DNA of 64,000 bases, from NCBI GenBank assembly GCA_963674595.2, contig CAXXFV010000036.1:15496-79495 (forward strand). The letters run 5' to 3'. This document shows, in pieces, positions 1 through 10,877 of this stretch (the stretch's first letter is position 1; every line of letters starts with the position of its first letter). Under the pieces are notes generated by a model. It was not told the origin of the DNA. It searched no databases and saw only the letters and a list, made by a program, of their open reading frames with translations. Origin of the DNA: a bacterium. Lineage in GTDB: Bacteria > Zhuqueibacterota > Zhuqueibacteria > Residuimicrobiales > Krinioviventaceae. Both the position numbers and the translations under genes were made by a program.

Positions 1-2019
1 GGCAGAACAGACCCGCCTGATATCGATGTCGATTTTCCATGGGACGAGCGTGACCAGATCCTTGATTATATTTTTACAAAATACGGAATCGAATGTACGG
101 CCATGATTTCCAATCACAATAGTTTCAAAGCGCGTTCAGCCGTTCGTGAAATTGCCAAAGTTTATGGTATTCCGGAAAATGAAATTAGTTCGGTCACCAA
201 AAAACTGGGATTTTTTTGGCAGCCGGATAATATCTGGGAAATTACACAATCACATCCGGTTTACAAAAATACATTTTTAGACCAACCCTGGCCGGAAATT
301 ATTGCTCTGGCTGAAAAAATCAGAGGTTTTCCACGTCATTTATCCATTCATTGCGGCGGCGTTATCATTGCACCTGACGGCATCGAACGTTATGTGCCGA
401 CTCAGCCGGCAAAAAAAATATTACGTTCACTGCAAAAAGACAGCCTTGTGGATATACCCCAGGTCCTGTATGGTGAAAATAAAATCAACGTCATTCAATG
501 GGAAAAGGACCAGGCCGAGGAGATGGGACTGATAAAGCTGGACATTCTCGGCAATCGTTCTCTGGCTGTTATCCGTGATGCTTTACAGTCCATTTCGGAT
601 AACTATAATGTAAAAATAGACTATGCCCAATGGAATCCATTGAATGATGCCAAAACTCTTTCTATGCTGGCGCAGGGTGACACAATTGGTGTCTTTTATG
701 TGGAATCTCCGGCCATGCGTTTACTGCAAAAGAAAACCGGACAAGGTGATTTTGAGCATTTGGTGATTCACAGTTCAATTATCCGGCCTGCCGCCAATGA
801 GTATATCAATGAGTATATACGGCGACTCAAAGGAGGGGCTTATGATCCGCTTCATCCTCTTTTACACAATATTCTGGCAGAAACATACGGTATCATGGTT
901 TATCAGGAAGATGTTTCCAAAGTCGTCATGGCTTTAGCAGATTTTTCCGCTGCCGAAGCGGATGACTTGCGTAAAGTGATTTCGAAAAAACATAAAGCAA
1001 AAAAGATCCTTGATTATAAAAACAAGTTCTTTCATGGCTGCAAAGTAAAACACATTCCTGACGATACCATTCAGAAAATATGGAACATGATTATGAGTTT
1101 TTCCGGATACAGTTTTTGTAAACCGCATTCGGCTTCTTATGCGCTTGTTTCTTTCAAGTCCGCCTTTCTCAGAGCTCATTATCCGACTGAATTCCTGGCG
1201 TCTGTTATTTCCAACCAGGGCGGTTATTATTCAACTTTTGCCTATATTTCCGAGGCCCGGCGTATGGGTATTTCCGTTTTGATGCCGGATATTAATAAAA
1301 GCGCTTTTTATTACACCGGGTATCAAAATGAAATACGTGTCGGTTTTATGCAGTTAAAAGGCATTTCTTCAAAAACTATTTATGCTGTTTTAAATGAACG
1401 TAAAAAAAATGGTGTTTTTACATCTTTTGCAAATTTTTTGTCCCGTGTCACGATTCCTGTAGTTGATTTTACTATATTGATTAAAGCAGGTTGTTTTGAT
1501 GAGCTGGAACCGGAAAAATCCAGGCCTGAACTCATCTGGCAGGTCCATATTCATCATGCCAGAAAGAAAACAGTGCAAAAGCAAGCATCTTTATTTGAAG
1601 TAGATGCAGAACCCATGTCCCTGCCAAAACCGCAGAATTATGAGGATAAAATAATATGGCAGCATGAAATTGATACGCTCGGTTTTTTGTTATCAAGACA
1701 TCCGTTGGATTTATATAGAGAAAAGCTGAAAAATGTTTCCTATGTTTCAGGCCAAGATTTACATAAATATATAAATAAAAAAGTTAAGACAATTGGTTGG
1801 CTGATTACCCGTAAAACAACCAGTACCAAAAAGTCTCAACTCATGGAATTTATCAGTTTTGAAGATACAACAGCAATTTATGAAACTGTTTTTTTCCCAA
1901 AAACCTATAAAAGATTTGTTTATCTGTTGACACGTTCCAGGCCATATCTGTTATCCGGTATTGTTCATGAGCAGCATGGTGCAATAACTTTGCACGTTGA
2001 GCGTGTTGATTTGGTTTGA
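1..2019 (+). CDS. dnaE: DNA polymerase III alpha subunit, probably DnaE2-like error-prone type; 5' end outside the window
   Basis: Frame 1 is open from base 1 (GRTDPPDIDVDFPWDERD, catalytic PDIDVDF). Also PRHLSIHCGG, KLDILGNRSL, SFSGYSFCKPHSASYA and a C-terminal OB fold. The ORF-track ATG at 103 is internal. Confidence 0.92.
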   Translation, partial: GRTDPPDIDVDFPWDERDQILDYIFTKYGIECTAMISNHNSFKARSAVREIAKVYGIPENEISSVTKKLGFFWQPDNIWEITQSHPVYKNTFLDQPWPEIIALAEKIRGFPRHLSIHCGGVIIAPDGIERYVPTQPAKKILRSLQKDSLVDIPQVLYGENKINVIQWEKDQAEEMGLIKLDILGNRSLAVIRDALQSISDNYNVKIDYAQWNPLNDAKTLSMLAQGDTIGVFYVESPAMRLLQKKTGQGDFEHLVIHSSIIRPAANEYINEYIRRLKGGAYDPLHPLLHNILAETYGIMVYQEDVSKVVMALADFSAAEADDLRKVISKKHKAKKILDYKNKFFHGCKVKHIPDDTIQKIWNMIMSFSGYSFCKPHSASYALVSFKSAFLRAHYPTEFLASVISNQGGYYSTFAYISEARRMGISVLMPDINKSAFYYTGYQNEIRVGFMQLKGISSKTIYAVLNERKKNGVFTSFANFLSRVTIPVVDFTILIKAGCFDELEPEKSRPELIWQVHIHHARKKTVQKQASLFEVDAEPMSLPKPQNYEDKIIWQHEIDTLGFLLSRHPLDLYREKLKNVSYVSGQDLHKYINKKVKTIGWLITRKTTSTKKSQLMEFISFEDTTAIYETVFFPKTYKRFVYLLTRSRPYLLSGIVHEQHGAITLHVERVDLV

Positions 2020-2032
2020 CAGGAAAAATACC

Positions 2033-2061
2033 TTGAGAAATTAATCCATTTTTAGTATAAT
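2033..2061 (+). promoter_or_regulatory. sigma70-type promoter for add
   Basis: TTGAGA-17 nt-TATAAT, about 63 nt upstream of the TTG start. Confidence 0.6.
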
Positions 2062-2124
2062 TTGATTATGTATCAGTTACTATTCCGATTTTAATTTTAA
2101 TGAACTGATTTTGGAGAATGTGTT

Positions 2125-3153
2125 TTGAATGAAAAACTAGAGTTCATAAGGTCAATGCCTAAAGTAGAACTCCATTTGCATTTGGAAGGCTCCATTCAAC
2201 CCAAAACAGCATTGTCGTTTATTAAACGAAACAATAAAAAAAACGTCGATTCTGTTGAGGACATCCGTTCGGTTTACAAATTTGATGATCTCGGAGAATT
2301 CGTTAAAAGCATGCGGAAAGTAACCGATAATGTAAAAACACTGGACGATTTGGCGCTGGTAACAACCGAACTTTTAACAAGTTTAGCCGGCCAGAATGTT
2401 CGATATGTTGAGTTTGATTGTGCTGTTCAAAAATACATGAATCTTGGATTAAAGCTTGATGATGTAATTGAAACTATATATCAGGCCAGTGAAAAAGTAA
2501 ATGCAAAATTCCCGATTCAATCACGAATGCTGGTAAATCTGCAGCGTCATCATGAAGTTGACAATGCTGTAAAACTTGTAGAGGATTTGCATGACTTGCA
2601 CCATCCTTATGTTGTGGGAATCGGTTTATCCGGAGATGAAAGCAAATATCCTCAAGAGATGTTTGCCCGTGCATTTAATTTATCCATAAACGGCTCTTTA
2701 CACCGCACCGTACATGCAGGCGAGGGAAGCGGACCAAAGAGTGTTTGGAATGCCATCAAACTTTTACACGCTGAACGTATCGATCACGGCACCCGTTCTA
2801 TTGAAGATGATAAATTGATGGATTATCTGGTTGAACAGCAAATTCCTTTGACACAATGCATCAGCAGTAATGTCAAGCTTCATATTGTGGAAAATTATGA
2901 ACAACATCCCTTTCGTCTGTTATATGACAAGGGTGTCAAGGTTACGCTGAACACTGACGATCCGCAGGTTTTTGGCGTTTCGATAACGGATGAGTTTGTT
3001 AAAGCGGCCGAATTGTTTAATCTGGAGTATAATGATCTCAGACAGATTGTTTTAAACAGTGTTCACGCATCCTTTTTAAATGAAGATGAAAAAAACAATT
3101 TGGAGCAGAGTATAAAAAACGAGTTTGCTGCCTTGCTGCAATCCAAAATTTAA
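2125..3153 (+). CDS. add: adenosine/adenine deaminase
   Basis: PKVELHLHLEGS, TVHAGE, AERIDHG and LNTDDP motifs; TTG start after GGAG. Confidence 0.92.
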   Translation: MNEKLEFIRSMPKVELHLHLEGSIQPKTALSFIKRNNKKNVDSVEDIRSVYKFDDLGEFVKSMRKVTDNVKTLDDLALVTTELLTSLAGQNVRYVEFDCAVQKYMNLGLKLDDVIETIYQASEKVNAKFPIQSRMLVNLQRHHEVDNAVKLVEDLHDLHHPYVVGIGLSGDESKYPQEMFARAFNLSINGSLHRTVHAGEGSGPKSVWNAIKLLHAERIDHGTRSIEDDKLMDYLVEQQIPLTQCISSNVKLHIVENYEQHPFRLLYDKGVKVTLNTDDPQVFGVSITDEFVKAAELFNLEYNDLRQIVLNSVHASFLNEDEKNNLEQSIKNEFAALLQSKI

Positions 3154-3200
3154 CTCCCCCTGATTCAAATAATAAACAAGTTTTTCGGAGCAGATTTTTT

Positions 3201-5429
3201 ATGAGCCACAGAACGCGCTGGATCGTACTTTACCAGATATTTATTACAACGACACTATTCGCTCAAAGTCAAATAAATATGGAACCAATAACGTTGAACG
3301 ATTATCATCAAAAATATGTGTTTCAACGGTCTGTTTATTCAATCAATTCCACTTTTACATCTAAAGATACCTTATATTTTCTTGAAAAGCCGGAGAATAT
3401 CTCTATTACCGCAGTTGATTCTGTCAGCCGTTATGAGCTTTTAATATCGTTTCAAATAGATTCCGGTTTTGTTCATTTTAAAAAACATTTACTGACGATT
3501 GTTGATGAAAACAAAAAACAAAAAGCCACCGCCCAATTGGATATTCGCTATAATAATATCCCTTATGTGAACCGCGTTAATGTTTATCAAAAAAGTGTTA
3601 AAGTTGATACGGTCAAGCTGACGCGGTATGACAAAAGTTTTGCCTCTGCTGTTTTTAAAGGCACAGGCTTGTTCCCCAACACGACATTTGAATTTGATGA
3701 TCCGGCCGTATCTGTATTAAACGATCCGGGCTGGCGTCTGGAATTTTGTCCTGACAGCATCCGTGTAGGGCTGGAGATTAACAATAACCGGGTCCAGCTC
3801 GGTTTAAAAATGTTTCGGATAAAAAATCAATATACCATGGAAGGCACCGGACAAATTTTTATCCGGAGCGCTTTTCCTCCCAAACTTTTTACGAGGATCC
3901 CAGCGCTTGTAGCCGACGGAAATGAAAAGTCCCTTAAACTTTATGGGGAGAATTTTAAAAAAGGTATGACGGCACATCTTTTACCCAATGAAGGAATGTG
4001 TAATGTGAACGTTATATCTGAAAATCAAATGGATTTGCAATTAAATTTGCCAGTGTTGGATTCCGGGCAGAGTTACCGGCTGGTGCTTGTAAATCCGGAC
4101 GGTCAGGCAGATACAACACGTTATTTTACCGTAAAGAGCAAACCTCTGTCAATCGCAAAAATTAATTCCGTTAAAGACGGACGTATTTTTTATGACAGAG
4201 ACGCGCATATTATTATCACTGTTCAGGCAACAGATCGCTGGAATTTTAAAAAAGATAAAAATTATGAGGTTAATATAGAGGGGGAGAGGTTTCCGGTTTT
4301 AAATGTCATTAATGATACAACCTGCGAAGCAAGTATTCGTGTTAGGGAAAAACCTTCTCAATTACTGCATCAGCATGTTTTTACGATTAATGAAATTGAC
4401 CAGTTACCCAAATGGAAAGGAATTTTAACAGCGCATGCTCAACCAAAAATTACATATATTTCTACCTACAGAATACTTCATCCGGTAGATACTTTGAGCA
4501 TTGTTATAAAGGGAGAAAATTTAAAAAATGCTGTTTTGCGGTTGGATGAGCCGGATGTATTTTTTCAAATAAAAGAAAACCGGGGAGACCTGATCCGGGC
4601 AACCGTTATCGCCGGCGACGAAGCGGCCTATGGAGAGTATCCTTTACACCTTGTGTTGGACGGTGTTACTTTTATTTCAGAACAGAATACATTTACCATT
4701 GAAAAGTGGCAGGATTTTAGTGAATTTGTGGGTATTGAAACAACCAGCCTTGGATTTATCGCCAGTGAACGTCTTTGGAAATCTTCCGGTCTTGCAAATC
4801 CCATAAAAGCCAAGGATGCCATTGAGGTTAAATTTTTTACCCGTAAATTAAAAGAAAAATTGGGGACACAAAAAATTTTAATCAGTGGTGTTTTAATGGA
4901 TTCATCGCTTACCATAAAAGGTGAAGCATTCGATAAAAAACTCGTCCGGTTGTCCAAAGAAAATGATGTTTATATTTGGCGCTGGCGGGCAAAAGAAAAA
5001 ATTAAATCAGGCGACCGTATCGAAATTACATTAAGCAATCCCGGAAATCAGAACAAGGTAACGGAAATTTTATATGCCAAACCACATTGGTTTGAATCGT
5101 TCCACGGGTCTACATCAATCGTACTTTTTAAAATACCATTTGGAGGAAGCAACTCCAAAACTGAAATTTTAAAATCAATCGGTATCGGTTTAACATATCA
5201 ACCGCCAAATGATGAAAATGAATTTATAGCTTTTGATGCCTCTTTTATTATTGGAAATATAAATTCGGACGACAGTGACTTGTCTGTGGATGTTGGCCTG
5301 GGATTAAGCACAATACTTTGGAAGTATATTCAAATAGGTTTGGGGATGAACCTGTCCGGAGATAATTCCGGTAATGCCTTTATGTTTGTTGGGTCTCGTT
5401 TTAATTTACCGTTTAATCTGGGATTATAA
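3201..5429 (+). CDS. exported hypothetical protein with IPT/TIG-like beta repeats and a possible C-terminal membrane beta-barrel
   Basis: Signal peptide (..TTTLFA-Q); repeated P-K-[LI]...[LI]xGEN[FL] units; amphipathic Gly/aromatic strands at the C-terminus. Confidence 0.5.
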   Translation: MSHRTRWIVLYQIFITTTLFAQSQINMEPITLNDYHQKYVFQRSVYSINSTFTSKDTLYFLEKPENISITAVDSVSRYELLISFQIDSGFVHFKKHLLTIVDENKKQKATAQLDIRYNNIPYVNRVNVYQKSVKVDTVKLTRYDKSFASAVFKGTGLFPNTTFEFDDPAVSVLNDPGWRLEFCPDSIRVGLEINNNRVQLGLKMFRIKNQYTMEGTGQIFIRSAFPPKLFTRIPALVADGNEKSLKLYGENFKKGMTAHLLPNEGMCNVNVISENQMDLQLNLPVLDSGQSYRLVLVNPDGQADTTRYFTVKSKPLSIAKINSVKDGRIFYDRDAHIIITVQATDRWNFKKDKNYEVNIEGERFPVLNVINDTTCEASIRVREKPSQLLHQHVFTINEIDQLPKWKGILTAHAQPKITYISTYRILHPVDTLSIVIKGENLKNAVLRLDEPDVFFQIKENRGDLIRATVIAGDEAAYGEYPLHLVLDGVTFISEQNTFTIEKWQDFSEFVGIETTSLGFIASERLWKSSGLANPIKAKDAIEVKFFTRKLKEKLGTQKILISGVLMDSSLTIKGEAFDKKLVRLSKENDVYIWRWRAKEKIKSGDRIEITLSNPGNQNKVTEILYAKPHWFESFHGSTSIVLFKIPFGGSNSKTEILKSIGIGLTYQPPNDENEFIAFDASFIIGNINSDDSDLSVDVGLGLSTILWKYIQIGLGMNLSGDNSGNAFMFVGSRFNLPFNLGL

Positions 5430-5464
5430 CTTTGCCTGAAATTAAATTTATTTATAATAAAAAT

Positions 5465-5497
5465 AAAAAAAGCGAATCTAAAAGATTCGCTTTTTTT
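5465..5497. terminator. bidirectional intrinsic terminator
   Basis: A7-GCGAATCT-AAA-AGATTCGC-T7 between convergent genes. Confidence 0.85.
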
Positions 5498-5520
5498 ATT
5501 AAGAAATTTTTGTAACAATT

Positions 5521-6462
5521 TTATTTAATTTTACCTTCAATAAACGGCACTTGAAATACTTTGGTGTGCATGATCGGACCGTGCCCAAAGTAACCTTCTT
5601 CACCGAATAACTCACCATGATCAGATGTAACCGTAATATAGGTGTTTTCCGGAACGATATCGTATAATTTTTCAAATAGAGTATCGATATAGGCGATGGC
5701 TGCAATCTGGCGGTTTTTCAACTGGTCCAGTTTTTCCTGGTCAAAAAACTTTTCTTCGTTTTCTACCAATTTTCCGCCGACAATATGATCGTCCAGATGT
5801 TTAAATACACCGTGAACACCACTTATTCTGGGCCATTCGTTTTCCGGTTCATCCGGTAAAGCATAGGGGTAATGGGTTTCACCTACATTTAATATATAAA
5901 ATGAAGGATAATCCTTGGAAAATGACAGTTTATCAATCATAGCGTTCATGTCATTATGTTTTTCCATGAGTTTGAAATTATCAAAACCAACATTAATTGG
6001 TGTTTTAGGATTAAGGACCGGCAAGGACACCATCGCATTGGTTTTGTAACCCAGTTTGTTTCTCATAAATGGCGGTAAAAAAAGTTGCGGTACAAGATTT
6101 TTAAACTCGAACCTTTCGACACCAAATCTTTCATTATATTTCAGAAAATCGTTTTTATAATATTCCGATGCATAAACATGAGAAGGTGACGTATGGGGCA
6201 AAAGTCCCATAAGCAAATTATAATGTGATGGAGCTGTCCAGGATGCGTAACTATATCGAGATTCGACATCTCCAAGTTTGAGAATATTTTTAGTTTTTGC
6301 TTCAATAAAAGTATCGTACCGGCAACTGTCCAGAATTATAATTATATAATTATTCATATTCGAATAGGCCGGCGCCGGTCGCGGTGGTAAAATTCTCGGA
6401 ATGGGTCTTGAAATTGTTGTTTGGGTTGATTTTTTTTCTTTTTTCCAAAATGTAAAAGCCAC
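5521..6462 (-). CDS. alkaline phosphatase superfamily (sulfatase-like) metalloenzyme
   Basis: IIIILDSCRYD, SWTAPSH, ETHYPY, TSDHGE and GHG motifs; lacks the C/S-x-P-x-R formylglycine motif. Confidence 0.75.
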   Translation of the reverse strand: MAFTFWKKEKKSTQTTISRPIPRILPPRPAPAYSNMNNYIIIILDSCRYDTFIEAKTKNILKLGDVESRYSYASWTAPSHYNLLMGLLPHTSPSHVYASEYYKNDFLKYNERFGVERFEFKNLVPQLFLPPFMRNKLGYKTNAMVSLPVLNPKTPINVGFDNFKLMEKHNDMNAMIDKLSFSKDYPSFYILNVGETHYPYALPDEPENEWPRISGVHGVFKHLDDHIVGGKLVENEEKFFDQEKLDQLKNRQIAAIAYIDTLFEKLYDIVPENTYITVTSDHGELFGEEGYFGHGPIMHTKVFQVPFIEGKIK

Positions 6463-6524
6463 TACTCGTCTCCTGGTTTGTTCTAATTCACTCTTTCATA
6501 CTAAAAAAAATCAAATTTGCGGGA

Positions 6525-8912
6525 TTAAAAATTAATATTCCACGTAAATGATAGATTTCTTCCTGGTTCTACATTAATAAATCCACGGTTAGAAGACAAG
6601 TGATTTTTATAGGATTTATTGGTTATGTTTTCAAAACCTAGTGTAAAATCATGCCCCAGGTCTGCAAAATGAAATGGAATGGTTTTTATATAAATGTCAT
6701 AATATGTATAACCACCTGTTTTTGTCTCCCATGACGCTGTTCTGTCTTGCGAATCAAAAAATGTGGCACATAAATCGAGTGAAAGATATTTTATATCATT
6801 AAAGGATAAAATAAACTTGCCGTTCAATGGCGCAATTGAAGACAGCGGTGTATTATTATTCAAGTCTTTCCCATAAACATAAGCTGATGCCAGGGAGGCA
6901 TGTATATGCGGGGATACTTTGTATTGTATTTGCATGTCAAATCCGTATAATTCAGCCCGTCCGATGTTGATCATTTGCAGGGCCGGGCCACCTTCAAATG
7001 TTGTTTCCTCTTCACTAACCAGGTCTGTTAAACGATTATAAAAAACATTACAATTCAAAGAGATTTTATCTGTCCATGTACGAAAACCAAAATCGCTGAA
7101 ATATCCTTTTTCCGGTTTTAGCTGATAGTTGCCTAGTCGAACCAAATAGCCTAAATCGATATATTGAAACCGTTCTTCCAGAGATGGTGAACGAAAAGAC
7201 CGTCCCAACGTCATGGTTACATCAAAATTTTTCGGCGTGTGCCAAACCAATCCGACATTACCACTCCAGGACTTGTTGTTTTCCGAAACAGTTGGCCAAT
7301 ACTCTGTTTGTGCCGGGACAGACTTTATGCCGTCTGTTATTTCATAAGCCGGATTTTTAACATTTTCATTTTCTATATGAATAAAGTCATAACGACCACC
7401 GGTTGATACAATAAGACGTTTGGAAAACAGGTCCATATCGTTTTTAATAAAAAATCCAATTGTTTTAAAAGTTGAAGGAGGTAGAGGATAATCAACAATT
7501 GTTTTATTAATTGTTTTCATAACCTGAGAAGTCGCAGGGTTAATGACCTCTATTTTAAGGTCTTTGCTGCGTGTACCGGAATATTCTTTCTGCCATCCGT
7601 CAATTCCAAATAACACAACATATCTGTCTTTAAATTTAAAATCAGATTGTGTATGAAAACCTGTTATTTCATGGGTTGCCTGCGGGCTTATCTTTTGGAC
7701 ATTTATTTTTTTCGTCGGCTGACCTTCAACAGATGTAATATTGACGATATGAGGTATATTTTCAACATATCTTAAAATGTCTTGTTTGAAAATTTTAAAT
7801 TCAAATTTTTTAAACCAGTTGTTGATATTGCTAAATTGGTATTTAACATCTCCCATTTCTCTTTTTTCTTCAGGATAGCGGACCTCTGCATTGGATGGAA
7901 ATAATGTGCTTCCGCCGGGAATACCCACATCTTGTGCAAAAAATCGTTGGTAATTTACACTAATTTGCTGGTTTTTTGTGATTAAAAAGCTGTTTCGAAC
8001 ACTAAAATTTTGGTCCTGAAACTGGCTGTTGGGCAGAATACCTTCCGGTGTTTTTATGTTTTCTGCCTTACGAAATGCACCTGAAACCTTAGCATGCCAC
8101 CAGGAATTTCCCATATAAAACTGAATTCTTGACAAGGCGTTTTTATTAACTGTTGAATACCCGTTTTGAATTTGTGAATGTAAATACAATTTTTCAGCAT
8201 ACCAGGCGTCCTTTGTGATGATATTGACAACACCGCCGGTACCACCGGTGCCATAAAGCGAAGACGCAGCGCCTTTAATAATTTCTACCTGTTCGATATC
8301 ATACGTATCGATCATAGATAAACCGGCTGCCAGATTGGTTGCTGTATCAATCCGGTTGCCGTCCACCAGTGTGATAATGTTTGCTTTACTCAATCCTCTG
8401 ATACTGACATCTGTCCCCCAAATACCGTCGCGTGTCAGAGAAATTCCGGGTTCATAACTGGCAATTTCAGATATGGTTTTTCCCGGCTCTCTTTTTATAT
8501 CATATACTCTTACAATACTCAAAGGTATTGAACTGTCTTTTACTTGTTTTTCGTACTTTGTACTGGAAATTGTTACCTGTTCAAGTTTAATGACTTCCGG
8601 TTTGAGATAAAAATCAATTCGTGTTGTATCTGAATTTATAACAACTTTTTGAGTTAATGCCTGATAACCAATAAAATCAACATTAAAAGTATATTCACCG
8701 TATGGAATTTGTTTGATGGAATAAAGTCCATGATTGTTGGTTGAAGAACCTTTCTGGATGTTAAAAAGTGATATGTTGGCGTTAACAAGCGGTCTTTTTG
8801 TTTCATTATCGTATACATGTCCGGCTAGATAGGTTTGAGAAGATATGGCCGTTGATATGTTATACAAAAATAAAATTAATAATATCGTTCTGGTTTTCAT
8901 TTTTATATCCAT
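6525..8912 (-). CDS. TonB-dependent receptor
   Basis: Signal peptide, carboxypeptidase-regulatory-like N-domain, plug motif IEQVEIIKGAASSLYGTGGTGGVVNIIT, LKPE, YKNHLS, terminal Phe. Confidence 0.92.
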   Translation of the reverse strand: MDIKMKTRTILLILFLYNISTAISSQTYLAGHVYDNETKRPLVNANISLFNIQKGSSTNNHGLYSIKQIPYGEYTFNVDFIGYQALTQKVVINSDTTRIDFYLKPEVIKLEQVTISSTKYEKQVKDSSIPLSIVRVYDIKREPGKTISEIASYEPGISLTRDGIWGTDVSIRGLSKANIITLVDGNRIDTATNLAAGLSMIDTYDIEQVEIIKGAASSLYGTGGTGGVVNIITKDAWYAEKLYLHSQIQNGYSTVNKNALSRIQFYMGNSWWHAKVSGAFRKAENIKTPEGILPNSQFQDQNFSVRNSFLITKNQQISVNYQRFFAQDVGIPGGSTLFPSNAEVRYPEEKREMGDVKYQFSNINNWFKKFEFKIFKQDILRYVENIPHIVNITSVEGQPTKKINVQKISPQATHEITGFHTQSDFKFKDRYVVLFGIDGWQKEYSGTRSKDLKIEVINPATSQVMKTINKTIVDYPLPPSTFKTIGFFIKNDMDLFSKRLIVSTGGRYDFIHIENENVKNPAYEITDGIKSVPAQTEYWPTVSENNKSWSGNVGLVWHTPKNFDVTMTLGRSFRSPSLEERFQYIDLGYLVRLGNYQLKPEKGYFSDFGFRTWTDKISLNCNVFYNRLTDLVSEEETTFEGGPALQMINIGRAELYGFDMQIQYKVSPHIHASLASAYVYGKDLNNNTPLSSIAPLNGKFILSFNDIKYLSLDLCATFFDSQDRTASWETKTGGYTYYDIYIKTIPFHFADLGHDFTLGFENITNKSYKNHLSSNRGFINVEPGRNLSFTWNINF

Positions 8913-8918
8913 ATTTAG

Positions 8919-10874
8919 TTATATATGTAAAATTAAATATATAAATCTGGCGGATAAAGCCACCGCCATAGCAACAAATATTGTAATTAATGTGGCAAAA
9001 ATCGTTTTTTTAGTTCCGATTTCTTTGATTAAAATTCCCAGAGTTGATACACAGGGAATATAAAATACCGTAAAAAGGGTAAATGTAAAAATTTGAATAT
9101 TTGACATAACCGTTGAAATATCTGTGGTGTCAAGTGCCTGAAAAAGCATGAGCATGGAAAGTTCTTTACGTAAAATGCCGAACACCAGTGTTGTGCCTGT
9201 TGCTTTGGGAAGGTCGAGCACAAATGTTACGGGGCGAAATATTAAATTAATTATTTGATCAATATTGTACCATTCTGCCAGGCTTAAAACTATACTTCCG
9301 ATAATCAATAATGGCCATGCAATATAAATAAAGTCTTTAATTCGAAGCCATGTTTTGGCAAAAATGACTTTTATGGACGGCATTTGATAGGCCGGCATTT
9401 CAAGGATCATCCCCGGAATATCTTCGGGAAGTAATTTTGAAAGAATTGTTCCGACCAGTGATATAACAACAATATTGAGCACATAAATAAACAAAGCTGC
9501 CGTGCCGCCAAGATAAAATCCAACAAGTCCCATAATGATTGTCATTCTTGCAGAACAGGGGATAAGTATGGATACAACCGAGGCTATGAACCTGTCCCGG
9601 GAACTGGGTAAAATCCGCGTTGCCATAATGGCCGGCACACTGCATCCGTATCCCAGCATACCGGGAATAACGGCTGTTCCATGAAGACCGATTTTGTGCA
9701 TAAATGTATCCATCAGATAGGCTATTCTCGGCAGGTAACCGATATCTTCTATAATAGAAAGCCCGATTAAAAACGGAAGTAAAAACGGTAATACAATGGC
9801 CGTGCCGCCCAAAATTCCCTGAACACTGCCGCTGACCATTTGAAGAATTAACGGATGCCCGGAAAGATTGTTTTGCAAATACGCAAGAATATAATCAATA
9901 CTGCTGATTATGGGTTTTTCAATATATGAACCAAAGGAAAAAACCAGATTAAAAAAGACATAGAGAAAAACTCCCATAAATACATATCCCCAAAAGGGAT
10001 GCATTAAAACATCATCTACTTTGTCTTTAAAATATGTTTTTGGCCTTTTAATGACGGCTGCTTTTTCAAAAATATGCATGGCCAGTGAATGGCGTTCTGA
10101 GGAGATTATCTGGTCAGTGGGCTGTCCATGATCTGATTCGAGTTTATTTTCAATTTGTAAAATTTCCGGATTTTTACTGTCCGGGGGTGGAAAGAGTCTG
10201 TTGACAAAATAAGGGTCTTTTTCCAATATTTTGATGGAGCATAGTCTTGTTTTTATATTTGGAAAAGTTTGCAGGGCCTTTTCCGAAATGATGTGGTTGA
10301 TTTTTTCTATACTCTGTTCAACATGTTTACTAAAATTTAAATCACCGGTGGTAATATTTTTCTTTTTTGACAATGTCAAAGCTTTATCAAAAAGTTCTTC
10401 AATACCGGTTCCTTTTTGTCCGATCGTTTTTACAATCGGAATGCCTAATGTTTGGCTTAAAATATCCTCATCAATGGATATACCTTTGCGCTGGGCTTCA
10501 TCCATCATGTTCAGGCACAAAATCATTGGAATGTCGGTTTCTAAAAGTTCTATTGTCAGTTCAAGACTTCGGCTAAGAATTGAAGAGTCAACAATGTTGA
10601 TGATGACATCAACTTTTTTATCCAACAGGTATTTTTTGCTTTCTTCTGCTGCCTGGTCAAATGCTATTAATGAATAAATTCCGGGCAGGTCGACAAGGTC
10701 AAAGGTTTTCCCTTTAATGTTTACGTGGCTTTCCGTAAAAGTAACCGTGGCACCGGGAAAATTTGTAGCAATAGAACGGTATCCGGCAACATGATTAAAA
10801 ATTGTACTTTTACCACAGTTGGGCTGTCCGATTAACGCAATTCGTAAATGCTGTGATTCTGGTGAATGAGCCAA
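8919..10874 (-). CDS. feoB: ferrous iron transporter FeoB
   Basis: G1 GQPNCGKS, NFPGATV, DLPGIYS and NMMD motifs; membrane domain with GYGCSVPA, IPCSAR, FYIPC. Confidence 0.95.
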   Translation of the reverse strand: MAHSPESQHLRIALIGQPNCGKSTIFNHVAGYRSIATNFPGATVTFTESHVNIKGKTFDLVDLPGIYSLIAFDQAAEESKKYLLDKKVDVIINIVDSSILSRSLELTIELLETDIPMILCLNMMDEAQRKGISIDEDILSQTLGIPIVKTIGQKGTGIEELFDKALTLSKKKNITTGDLNFSKHVEQSIEKINHIISEKALQTFPNIKTRLCSIKILEKDPYFVNRLFPPPDSKNPEILQIENKLESDHGQPTDQIISSERHSLAMHIFEKAAVIKRPKTYFKDKVDDVLMHPFWGYVFMGVFLYVFFNLVFSFGSYIEKPIISSIDYILAYLQNNLSGHPLILQMVSGSVQGILGGTAIVLPFLLPFLIGLSIIEDIGYLPRIAYLMDTFMHKIGLHGTAVIPGMLGYGCSVPAIMATRILPSSRDRFIASVVSILIPCSARMTIIMGLVGFYLGGTAALFIYVLNIVVISLVGTILSKLLPEDIPGMILEMPAYQMPSIKVIFAKTWLRIKDFIYIAWPLLIIGSIVLSLAEWYNIDQIINLIFRPVTFVLDLPKATGTTLVFGILRKELSMLMLFQALDTTDISTVMSNIQIFTFTLFTVFYIPCVSTLGILIKEIGTKKTIFATLITIFVAMAVALSARFIYLILHI

Positions 10875-10877
10875 TTT

